Origin: Octopus sinensis
Taxonomy: Eukaryota
Length of the DNA: 64,000 nt
Direction of reading: 5' to 3'
Assembly: GCF_006345805.1 (NCBI RefSeq)
Contig: NC_043014.1
Location: forward strand, 11,408,001-11,472,000
Shown here: positions 51,847 to 63,240 of the stretch, in pieces
Position numbering within the stretch: position 1 is the first letter of the stretch
Layout of the letters: the number at the start of each line of letters is the position of its first letter
Notes under the pieces: model-generated
Told to the model about the DNA's origin: nothing
What the model saw: the letters and a program-made list of their open reading frames with translations, nothing else
The model's database searches: none
Translations under genes and position numbers: made by a program

Positions 51847-52048
51847 GTAAGGTGAGGGTTGGCAACGAGTATAGTGAAGAATTCCAAGTAGAAGAAGGGA
51901 TTCATCAAGGATCAGTCCTCAGCCCCCTCTTATTCATTATAGTCCTCCAGGCAATAACAGAGGAATTCAAGACAGGCTGCTCCTGAGAGTTCCTCTATGC
52001 TGATAACCTTGCTCTAATAGCCAAGTCAGTGCCAGAACTGGATACAAA
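51847..52048 (+). mobile_element. Second RTE-type RT fragment (same region as 49305-49530)
   Basis: Near-identical nucleotide match covering VGNEYSEEF...QGSVLSPLLFIIVLQAITEEFKTG...LYADNLALIA. Confidence 0.75.
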
Positions 52049-52126
52049 GAATAGACAATGTATATGACATAACAATAGAAAATTACTATCTTTAAATCTC
52101 ACATGAGATATTCAGCAACAGTGCTT

Positions 52127-52328
52127 TGTAGTAAAGATTGTTTGCCAACATAACATGGTAGTCCTGGTTTAGGACTAACGTTGCTGTAATTTAGTCCCAG
52201 GAGACAATACAAGGACACAGATCGTGTCATATAGCCAGCTGGAGACGATGTGTCCTGGGGTTAAATTACAGCAACGTTCATCCTAGACCTGGACTGCCAT
52301 GTTATGTTGGCAAACAATCTTTACTACA
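52127..52328. mobile_element. MITE with about 78-bp TIRs
   Basis: tgtagtaaagattgtttgccaacataacatgg... versus ...ccatgttatgttggcaaacaatctttactaca. Confidence 0.7.
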
Positions 52329-53116
52329 CATTATAACATGTTGAAATCTCCCACTACCATATGTCCAGGAAAGATCAATGTCGTGCCATAAAGTGTCTCT
52401 GCTAGAATATAATCTAAGGTCTGCAGTAACTGACAGTCTGATTGTCAGTATAATGAGGCAGATATTCTAACCATCTATGTGTTACCAATGTGCTTTGGAT
52501 GATATTTTATGCAGGCAATGGAAATGATCTATTAATGCATTTACCACAGAATGTTAAGCAAGAATCGTTTTTGTTACACCAGTTCTTCACAGTTTATCAT
52601 ATATATGAGTAGCAGCATCAGCAAAAACTCATTTCAACTCATCTCATTTGGCCAACTGCAAATGGGAATGTTCATCAATGGGTTAGTAATTGTATATCTT
52701 GTCAAAGAGCAAAAGTTCACCATATTAGAACTCCCCTAGGAAATTTTGTTACACAAGTTTGCAGTCAAACCATCCAACCCATACAAGCATGGAAAATGGA
52801 CTCGGTGGCACATAAAAAGCACCATCCGAACATTGCCAGCGCCACCTTGGCTGGCTTCCGTGCTGCTGGCACGTTAAAAGCTCCAACCGATCGTGGACAA
52901 TGCCAGACCCCTCCCGGCACCTGTGCAGGTGGCACGTAAAAAGCACACACTACACTCGCGGATTGGTTGGCGTTAGGAAGGGCATCCAGCCGTAGACACT
53001 CTGCCAGATCAGACTGGAGCCTGGAGCAGCCCCTGGCTTCCCAGAGCCCAGTCGAACCGTCCAACCCGTGCAAGCGCGGAAAACGGACGTTAAACGATGA
53101 TGATGATGAGAAAACT

Positions 53117-53623
53117 CTTCTAACAGCAGAAGACTTATGTTCATTTAAGAAAATTAAAAAGAAATTATCAAAGGCCTCTTTATTAACTCACTCGATACCA
53201 GCTGCACCCCTTTCTTTGTGAGTAGATGTTTCTGACATGGGAATTGCTGGTGTTCTAGAACAGATGTAATACTTTTTGACCAGGAATTATCAGCAGCATA
53301 TAAGCCAGCAAGTTGGTAGTTATACTGACCAACAGACTGTCAGTTACTGCAGACTTTAGGTTATACTCTAGCAGAGACTCATTATGGCACGACTTTGATC
53401 TTTCCTGGATATATGGTAGTTGGAGATTTCAGCATGTTATGATGTGTTCAGTCATATATATTGTCTATGGCAATGTCTGTTCTAAAACACCAGCAATTCC
53501 CATGTCAGAAATATCCACTCACAAAGAAAGGGGTGCAACTGGTATCGAGTAAGTTAATAAAGTGACCTTTGATAATTTCTCTCTAATTTTGTTAAACAAA
53601 CATAAGTCTTCTGCTGTTAGAAG
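53117..53623. mobile_element. Ty3/Gypsy pol (RT-RNase H junction) remnant arranged as an inverted repeat
   Basis: Arms 53117-53264 (+) and 53476-53623 (-) encode FKKIKKKLSKASLLTH..PAAPLSL.VD.SD.GIAGVLEQ. The spacer carries a degenerate PGK.NVV-like RNase H end on the minus strand. Confidence 0.6.
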
Positions 53624-56600
53624 TTTTTTTTTTATCATCATCATTTAAAGTCCATTTTTCCATGCTGGTATGGTTTGGATGGTATAGGTTGTTAAGAAAT
53701 GTGGTGGAAAACTAGCTCAGAAAGGCAGGGATGCTACTACCTGAGACCCCTTTCGTAGCACCTCCTACCTCAACTGGTACTTATTTTATCGACCCTGAAA
53801 GGATGAAAGGCAAAGTTGCCCATGGCGGCGAACTGGCAGAAACGTTAGCACGCCGGACAAAATGCGTAGCTGTATTTCGTCTGCCGTTACGTTCTGAGTT
53901 CAAATTCCGCCGAGGTCGACTTTGCCTTTCATCCTTTCGGGGTCGATTAAATAAGTACCAGTTACGAACTGGGGTCGATATAATCGACTTAATCCGTTTG
54001 TCTGTCCTTGTTTATCCTCTCTGTGTTTAGCCCCTTGTGGGTAGTAAAGAAATAGGTATAGGTTGGATGGTTTGACTGCAAACTGGTAAGCTAGGGAGCT
54101 GCATCAGGTTCTAATCTGATTTGGCACGATTTCTACAACTGGATGCCCTTCCACTCCAAGAGTGTAGTAGGGGCTTTTTACGTGCCACCTCTCTTTCTGA
54201 TTTTAGGACAATTCGTAAAAAACGTAAAAAACTGTTAAGTCGGTTTCAGTACAGTTTAGACCAAAATGTCTGTAGAAATTCACTGGACAAAGGAAGTCAT
54301 GCAATTTTTAAAATGAAGTGGGAACTAAAATCTGCACAATTACATTCCCTTTTTCCATTAAAAGGCAAATATTGTTGCTATCAATGATGTGGCCTAAAAG
54401 AGCAGGTTGAAGATTAAACATCAAAAAAGACAATTACTAAGGCCAATGACCATGACATAACGAGCTAATCTAGTAAGGAGTTGAATGAGATGATGTTCCT
54501 AAACTGATTCTGAAGAACTGACAATTAGTGAGTCATCAATATAAGCAAAAACGAAATTCAAACCACAAGTCACGTCATCAATAAATCTATTGAAGGAATT
54601 CACAGAATCTGAACCCAAAAGGTGGCGAGCTGGCTGAAACATTAGCACACCGGGCGAAATGCTTAGCGGTATTTTGTCTGCCGTTACGTTCTGAGTTCAA
54701 ATTCCCCCGAGGTCGACTTTGCCTTGCATCCTTTTGGGGTCGATAAATTAAGTACCAGTTACACACTGGGGTCGATGTAATCGACTTAATCCCTTTGTCC
54801 TTGTTTGTCCCCTCTAAGTTTAGCCCCTTGTTGGCAATAAAGAAATAAAGGAGATACATATTCTTGATGTATTTCAAGATATTGTCCCCTGATAACCTCA
54901 ACATATCACCCTAGGCTGGGCTATATCTATGCATAATGCATATACAGAGATTGCTACCCTCTATTGCTATAATTCTATAATGTAGCAGATACACCAGGAA
55001 CATGTGTGCCAACCATCACACACCAATGACTATTTGATATTAACACCCTGCCTGCTTTAATATGTGGAAAGTTTAAATACACCATCTGTTGTCACTGAGT
55101 TATATCATCTCCAAGGCAGTAACTGACCAATGGACAATAATCTCTCTACAATACAAAAGCTATTCCACGCCATCCTATCATTTACAAACACACACACACA
55201 TACACATATATAGGCACAAGCATAGCTGTGTGGTAAGAAGTCGGCGAGCTGGCAGAAACGTTAGCGCGCTGGGCGAGATGCTTAGTGGTATTTTGTCTGC
55301 CACTATGTTCTGAGTTCAAATTCCACTGAGGTCAACTTCCGGGGTTGATTAAATAAGTACCAGTTACACACTGGGGTTGATATAATCGACTTAATCCGTT
55401 TGTCTGTCCTTGTTTGTTCCCTCTGTGTTTAGCCCCTTGTAGGTAGTAAAGAAATAGGTATTTCGTCTGCCTTTACGTTCTGAGTTCAAATTCCGCTGAG
55501 GTTAACTTTGCCTTTCATCCTTTCAGGGCTCGATAAATTAAGCACCAGTTACGCACTGGCATCGACGTAATCAACTTAATCACTTTGTCTCTCCTTGTTT
55601 GTCTCCTCTATGTTTAACCTCTTGTGGGCAATAAAGAAACAAGAAGCTTGCTTCTCAACCGAATGGAAGTTCAGTCCCACTGTTTGGCATCTTGGACAAG
55701 CATCTTCTACTATAGCCTCAGGCCAACCAAAGCCTTGTGAGTGGATTTGGTAGACGGAAACTGAAAGAGGCCTGTCGTATGTATATATGTGTGTGTCTGT
55801 CTGTCTGTTTATCTGTCCCCCATCATCACTTGACAACTGGTGTTGGGGTGTTTATGTCCCCATAACTTAGTGGTTTGGCAAAGGAGATGCCTGGTGCTGC
55901 ATCAGGGCATTGATATGATTATTATTATTCAGGTCACTGCCTGAAATCAAACTTGGAATCTTGGGGTTAGTAGCCCATGCTCTTAACCACTACACCATTT
56001 CATCATTTCGTTTAGCGTCCGCTTTCCATGCTAGCATGGGTTGGACGGTTCAACTGGGGTCTGTGAAGCCAGAAGGCTGCATCAGGCCCAGTCTGATCTG
56101 GCAGTGTTTCTATGGCTGGATGCCCTTCCTAACGCCAACCACTCCGTGAGTGCTTTTTATGTGCCACCCGCACAGGTGCCAGACGGAGCTGGCAAACGGC
56201 CACGGACGGATGGTGCTTTTTATGTGCCACCAGCACAGGGGCCAGACGAGGCTGGCAACGGCCACAATCGGATGGTGCTTCTTACGTGCCACCGGCACGG
56301 GGGCCAGGCGAGGCTGGCAACGGCCACGATCGGATGGTGCTTTTTACGTGCCACCGGTACGGGGGCCAGGCGAGGCTGGCAACGGCCACGATGAGGACAA
56401 ATATCCATCAAATGTAAATAATGTACATAGTATATATCATCATCACTTAATATCCGTTTTCAATGCTGCATATAGGTTGGTCAGTTTGACAGGGGCTGAT
56501 TAGGCAGATTGCACCAGCCTTTATTGTTTTGCAGCTGGATGCCCTTCCTAACACCAGCCACCTTACAGTGTGGATGGATGCACTGGCAGGGTCATCAAGA

Positions 56601-56769
56601 ATCTCACATAACAAAAAATCTTTCGAGAGGGTGGGGCATTGGGAGCATGTGGTCTTGTGCCAGGTGATGGGAGGTTAGAGTTTGACAGAGGGATAGAAAC
56701 AGGTGTCTTGCTGTAGAGGAGATATGTGGTTACCCAGTCAGAAGGAGAGAGCGAGTGTGGGTCTGGAGA

Positions 56770-57245
56770 TTCTGTGATCAAGAATTTGATGTGAAAAGAT
56801 TGTAGCCAACAATGAAATATGGCAGCTATTCTGTGATGGTCTGGGGAGCAATTGGGAGCAATGGTTGATCAGAGCTGGTGGAGTGTGAGAGAAACATAAA
56901 CTCAGACAAATATGTGTCCATACTGAAGAAAGGACTCCTTCCAAACTTGTCCATGCTGAAATGATTAAAAAGAACTCTTTATTTATGGAAGATGGGGCTC
57001 CTTGTCACACAACTAAAATGAGCCAGTCACCAGATTTGAACCCTATTGAACACTTCTGGGACATAATGGACAGGGCACTTCATAAAAAGAACAAGAAAGC
57101 ATCTTCAAAGCCAGGTCTTTTGAGATTATTGAATGAAACTGGGCAAGAAATTTCACAAGAGAATATTCACCATCTGGTCAGTAACATGCCTAATAGGGTC
57201 CTTGCATTGAAAAATGCAAAGGGCATGTCTACTAAATATTAAATA
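56770..57245 (+). mobile_element. Tc1-family transposase fragment
   Basis: PTMKYGSYSVMVWGAI...FMEDGAPCHT...SPDLNPIEHFWD...SNMPNRVLALKNAKGMSTKY*, with an internal deletion and stops. Confidence 0.8.
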
Positions 57246-57958
57246 TTCACATTATAACATCATCATCATTTAACGTCCGTTTTCCATGCTAGCATGGGTT
57301 GGACGGTTCGACCGGCGTCTGGGAAGCCAGGAGGCTGCACCAGGCTCCAGTCTGGTTTGGCAGTGTTTCTACAGCTGGATGCCCCTTTCTAACGCCAACC
57401 ACTCCGTGAGTGTAGTGGGTGTTTTTTACGTGCCACCAGCACAGGGGCCAGAGGAGGCTGGCAAACGGCTGGTGCTTTTACGTGTCACCGACATGGACGC
57501 CAGTCAGATGGCACTAATAATTCGAATGTATAATTTCAGATATAAAATTAATTTTAATGAGTATAAGACTTTCTATTTACGTGTCATGTCTATCTATATA
57601 TATATATACGAAGCACCATCCGTTCGTGTCCGTTGCCAGCCTCGCCTGGCCCCCGTGTTGGTGGCACGTAAAAGCACCATCTGTTCGTGTCTGTTGCCAG
57701 CCTCGCCTGGCGCCCGTGCCGGTGACACGTAAAAGCACCATCCGTTCGTGGCCGTTTGCCAGCTCTGTCTGGCACCTGTGCGGGTGGCACGTAAAAAGCA
57801 CCCACTACACTCACGGAGTGGTTGGCGTAAGGAAGGGCATCCAGCCGTAGAAACACTGCCAGATCTGACTGGGCCTGATGAAGCCTTCCAGCTTCACAGA
57901 CCCCAGTTGAACCGTCCAACCCATGCTAGCATGGAGAACGGACGCTAAATGATGATGA

Positions 57959-58021
<63 letters not shown>

Positions 58022-58541
58022 GTGTGTGTGTGTGTGTGTATGTAAAGGCACATGGCTTGGTGGTTAGGATATTCAACTCATGATAGCAAGCCATGAGTTC
58101 AATTCCAGGCAGCGCAGCACATAGTGTCCTTGAGCAAGACACTTTATTTCATGTTGCTCCAGTTCACTCAATGGGCAAAAATGAATTGCACCTGTCACAA
58201 TCTGTGTCACACTGAATCTCTCTGAGAACTACATTAAGGGTGTGCATGTCTGTGGAATGCTCAGGCTGTGCTTTTGATCGGATCACCTGGAGCACTCATC
58301 ATTATAATGAATGGAGTGCCGAGATGTATACACCTTAACTTAACGGTTCAGCAATAGAGACCGATAGAATAAGTATACTAGGCTTACAAAGAATAAGTCC
58401 TCGGGTCGATTTGTTCGACTAAAGACGGTGCTCCAGCATGGCCGCAGTCAAATGACTGAAACAAGTAAAAGTAAAAATAAGAAAAATATATAAATATTCA
58501 CACACACCCGCGCACGTGAGGGGTTGTGTGTGTGTGTGTGT

Positions 58542-58575
<34 letters not shown>

Positions 58576-58579
<4 letters not shown>

Positions 58580-58883
58580 GCATTCTTTCGATATAACTCG
58601 ACAAAATCAAAACATTTCACTTTGGGTATTTCCGTGGAAGCAAATGACAGTTCGATTCTTCTGTTTTCTGCTTGGAAATTTGCGGATTTTACATACACAC
58701 ATGATTTTACCTACACACATGAAACGGGTAAGAACAAATATGCCAGGCGTTTTTCCCCTTCAAGTTTAAAACGAAACATTTGCTGGCATAATTTCGTTAT
58801 AGCTATCTATACTCCACAACCCCACGGAAATACCCGAAGTAAAATGTTTTGATTTTGTCGAGTTATATCGAAAGTATACCATA
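58576..58883. mobile_element. MITE with about 60-bp TIRs and TA TSD
   Basis: TA-tgg...ttcgatataactcgacaaaatcaaaacattt ... aaatgttttgattttgtcgagttatatcgaa...cca-TA. Confidence 0.75.
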
Positions 58884-58884
58884 C

Positions 58885-58927
<43 letters not shown>

Positions 58928-61154
58928 TAGTATTAGTGTTTTACCTAAAATTTGGTACATTACACCCCGTACCACAAATCCGCATGGCTGTCAACCGTGA
59001 CCAACTCTTGCCCTACTCTAATAACTTGTAAGAATGATTGAGAAATGTGTGGTATTTGATCAAATACTTGAAAAAACATGACAGGTTTTTGTTACTACAG
59101 CTCTTGACCAACGTGACCAGCGTATATCCAACAAGCCACATGCGTTCCGAGCAGAGCAACATCTAGTAGTTCAAGATAAATCATACAACTTGAATGGTTT
59201 AAATAATTGAAACCCAATGAATCGAACATATTTTGATTAGGCACACGTTAGATTTATCCAGTGAAATAAAATGCTAGGCTTTCCTATAATATTCATCGGT
59301 ATAAATTAGACTGATTTTCATTTGAAATCATAACTGGATCTCTTATATAAATTATCAGGGATTTTGCTAAGAAGCTGTAGAAATATTGGAGTCTTAGGAC
59401 TAGCCTGAAGACCAATTTTGTATGGGGTATAATCGATCATAAGATACATAACTAGTAGAAGGTATATCGACTCTGAAACCATTGTCTACCACTCTGCCAA
59501 TTCGATGCATATATTGATTTCTGGTCTAAGGCATAAATATGGGGCTATTTTCGCAGGAATAGGGCTTATAGTTTTACTGAATCGACCCCCACTTCAGTAC
59601 TAGAACTTCTGTTATCAACCCCAGATGGCCAAAAACCAGCTGATTAGAACAAAAATTATATCTATTCTTTTCTACTGTCATTTCGGTATACTACAAAGAA
59701 TATAACAGGTCCACGCGATTTTATCAGCACTTATAACATCAAGTACAAGGAGAGATACGACAAGCATTAATAGTCAAACCAACAAAAACAGTAAATATAG
59801 AGGAGGGTACTAAAAGACTGCTGCATTGCCAGATTTACACTGATACAGACCTAATACATGCATACATTTATGTACACATGTATGTATAAATGCGTATATA
59901 TATGCGTGTGCAAAAGCATATATATATATATATATTATATATATATATATGAACATGTAATGAATGTAGATTGGATCTAATGCTCAAAGAAAAGGGACAT
60001 TTTTGCTTAGAATCCTCCTCTCTGATTATTATTAACACGAATATACAAGAAGCATAACGTAACAGATATCTGGTCCATGATAGTATAAGATACATCGCAC
60101 ATGAGAACGGAGTGCTTGTTTATTTTTCAGGGTGATTCGAATCGCAGAAATGTTGAATGTAATTCTATAAATAAACAACCACTTGTTAAAAACAAAATTT
60201 AATATCTTATCTAAAGAAAATCCCAGTTAATACGCCTATTATACACTCTGTATTAATAGCATATCTAATTTACGTTTCAACTCTACTACGTCTGTCTTGT
60301 AGCAGTGAACGAGGCCATTCATAATTTTGTGTAGAAATACCAGCTGTTTTGATTGATGCTGGTAATTAATTAAGGTATTTTCGAAACAGCAATTAAAAGA
60401 CAAACTAATATTTATTAAAGTGAGACACTTTCCTCGTTATGTTTATTTAGTAAATAAAATGTATGAAATATTTTTTCTCGAAAATGCATATACCTTTAAT
60501 TTAATTGAATAACTCTCTCTCTCTCTCTGTCTTTCTCTCTCATACTTAATTTCCAATTAATGTTCGAGAGTTTTGATTCCTTATTAATAAACTTGCAGAT
60601 AGAACACTGAAGTTATTTGAAATTATCTTTAAAAATTAACTAAAGAAAAAAATCTCGAGAATTTCTAATTAACTACCAAAACAGTAAGCAGAAAAGCATT
60701 CATGAGTGAATGTAATTCAGAAAAATTAGAATATGTAAAATGATTGTAATTGGCTTTCGATACGTCACACACGGGGAAAAAAAAAAGCGTTGTTTTATAA
60801 AAACAAGATTCTGTGGTGTTCATGGGTTTCTCAATGACATTAATCAGCCTACGTATTTGACAGATAAGCGAAACCAGATCTAATGCTTTGGGAATGTCCC
60901 CTCTACCCACGATGCGTTTTTTTTTTTCTGAAGTGCTTAATTAAATAAATATTTTTTTTATTAAAGCATGTTCATTAGTGGCATAAGGACCTCAGATGTA
61001 ACAGCATTTAAACGCAAGAAATTATCTATTTTGTTCGTAGAAGCTCACTTTTGCAACCCCCCGAAATCATCAAAGCAATATGTTTGCGTGAGGTTGGGGA
61101 CTTGAAAGCATTAAAAAGAAATATTCAATTGCAATTAACTTGACCCAAAGTGAA

Positions 61155-61760
61155 ACCATGCATGTTTATATATGCATACCTATAATTGCTTATTTCACTA
61201 TAAATATATATGTAACATGCATAGTTCATTTCAGTATACACACACACATATATATACATATATATGTGCACATATATATATATATATATGTACACATATA
61301 TATACATAGATATGTGCACATATATATACATAGATATGTGCACATATATATACATAGATATGTGCACATATATATATATATATATATATATATGCATGTT
61401 TATATATGCATACGTATAATTGCTTATTTCACTATAAATATATGTAACATGCATAGTTCATTTCAGTATACACACACACATATATATACATATATATGTG
61501 CACATATATATATATATATATGTACACATATATATACATAGATATGTGCACATATATATACATAGATATGTGCACATATATATACATAGATATGTGCACA
61601 TATATATATATATATATATATATATGCATGTTTATATATGCATACGTATAATTGCTTATTTCACTATAAATATATATGTAACATGCATAGTTCATTTCAG
61701 TATACACACACATATATATACATATATATGTGCACACACATATATATATATACACGCACA
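61155..61760. repeat. Compound minisatellite, about 232-bp period with 21-bp subunits
   Basis: About 2.6 copies of a catgcatgtttatatatgc... unit containing catatatatacatagatatgtgca repeats. Confidence 0.85.
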
Positions 61761-61976
61761 TGCAGGGTTTAAAATGTATATTTCACAATTAATTTATAGT
61801 TTATAAAACCAGAAATCGATACAAGATATCGGAGTGCAACTATAATAGTACACGCGTATTTGCACGTCAAAGTGATCTAAAGGGTAGTTGGAACGAAATG
61901 AAGCAAGGAGAATGGGGTACCTGCCTAAACAATAAATAATAAACCAAGAAAAGAACCGAGTTGGGCTTATTCTTAC

Positions 61977-62030
61977 CTCTATTAGTGTTGCCTCAGACAC
62001 AACGTCAAATGTACCATTATTAACTCTCAT
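61977..62030 (-). CDS. NEURL2: NEURL2-like gene, putative first coding exon (MRVNNGTFDVVSEATLIE)
   Basis: ATG at 62030 opens 18 codons ending at a strong phase-0 donor (GAG|GTAAGA). This joins in frame to the phase-0 acceptor of the NHR exon ([10 protein letters not shown]). It gives a 22-aa leader before PPTRFH, similar to the vertebrate NEURL2 N-terminus. A possible acceptor (tttgcaacAG) sits at 62039. The join is inferred, not observed. Confidence 0.6.
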
Positions 62031-62699
62031 TGATGTGACTGTTGCAAATATAATTCACAGTTGCATATTTCAAAAGTAATTGTGGGTTGATTTCGTGATC
62101 GAATTTTGATACAGTGGGTGCGATTAAGATTAAGAGAAAAATGCTTTCCAAAATAGAGATTCTAAGGAAGTTTAGGGAATATTTGCAGAATTTAATTTAG
62201 TAACCAGTGTTGTGTTAATACCGAAGTTCTTCGTTATTGCGTTGTTTTCAACGAGGAGAATGCAAGTAAGTCGTTCTTCTTTGAATGTCTTGTGGAAACA
62301 TATCCATGTTGAGAATAATAAATTCGATTACTCGGAAAGATTATAATACAGAAAATTTTTAAATTAACATTGCTGGCACCTTGTCCCATGTTAAAGCAGT
62401 CATCTGCTCCAAGCCATTTTAAGAGAGATTCATAGCTAGTAACATTGGTAAATTCCATCAGGTAAGCTGTCTTGCAAACAATTGATTCCCAAACATCATC
62501 ATCCAAACTGTTTCACACCGATTAATAATACCACCGAGGTAGAACATGACCAAAATCTAAATGACAAAATATTTAATCCAACTCTAAATAATCCAGGTGA
62601 AAAATATAAAGATAGAATATTTAATTTAACTGCACCAACTCGTGACTTGGACTTTTTTTAAAGACAAATTCTCGAAAAAAAGCACCGAGTTTGGAAGAA

Positions 62700-62960
62700 C
62701 TTGTTTGGAATAAATCAAAGATTACATACAAGCTTCGCAAATGGTTAATTAGATTATCTACCAATCAGAAACCCCGAGATTATTCGCTGCGGAGCTTTGT
62801 TATTTCCGGTACCGGTGATATTGTTGTTGTTTTTTAAGATTTAAAATCGCCAGTTTTTCTGGTTTCATTTGGAAATAATTTTGCGGTTAATAACAATCTC
62901 CCGGGGGGGTGTTGCATAACCACCCTAACAGATCATCGGAGAAGTATATAGATATATTTT
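62700..62960. promoter_or_regulatory. Probable bidirectional promoter between NEURL2-like and SEH1L-like genes
   Basis: Repeat-free, CpG-rich interval between divergent ATGs. CCAAT box at 62761 (ccaatcag) and ETS-like TTCCGG at about 62805. Transcription start sites are not located. Confidence 0.55.
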
Positions 62961-62964
62961 CACT

Positions 62965-63075
62965 ATGTCAACCCCTAAATCGATCAAGACGGACCACGAG
63001 GATTTGATCCACGATGTTGCGTTCGATTTCTATGGAGAAAGATTAGCAACTTGTTCCAGTGATCAAAGTGTCAAG
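62965..63075 (+). CDS. SEH1L: SEH1-like nucleoporin / GATOR2 subunit, first coding exon (gene continues beyond window)
   Basis: [37 protein letters not shown], then a phase-0 donor AAG|GTTCGA. DLIHDV.FDF.G and TCSSDQSVK match SEH1 rather than SEC13 (MIHDAQMDYYG...SSDRSVKIF). Confidence 0.9.
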
Positions 63076-63177
63076 GTTCGATTATTATTTAAACCTATAT
63101 ATATGTTTCTTTATTCCGTTATTTCTTTTTAAAATATTTTAATTTGTTTATCGATTACTCCGTTTATGTTTGACTGT

Positions 63178-63240
63178 AATTGTTGCTAATCTCTTCAAAT
63201 TGTTGCTAATTCCTTCAAATTGTTGCTAATTCCTTCAAAT
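63178..63240. repeat. 20-bp minisatellite x3 in SEH1L intron 1
   Basis: aattgttgctaattccttca repeated three times. Confidence 0.9.

Noticed and set aside
27240-57890. Other CTGATGA/CTGAAGA words (15585, 27241 on -, 39604, 44597, 57875) as hammerheads
   Set aside because: They lack a stem II followed by GAAA and a closing stem I.
44875-57948. ORFs with FLQLDALPNANHS..VGAFYVPPA motifs
   Set aside because: They are antisense translations of the family E repeat.
62965-63075. SEC13 as the identity of the WD40 exon
   Set aside because: Diagnostic residues ([16 protein letters not shown]) fit SEH1 better.
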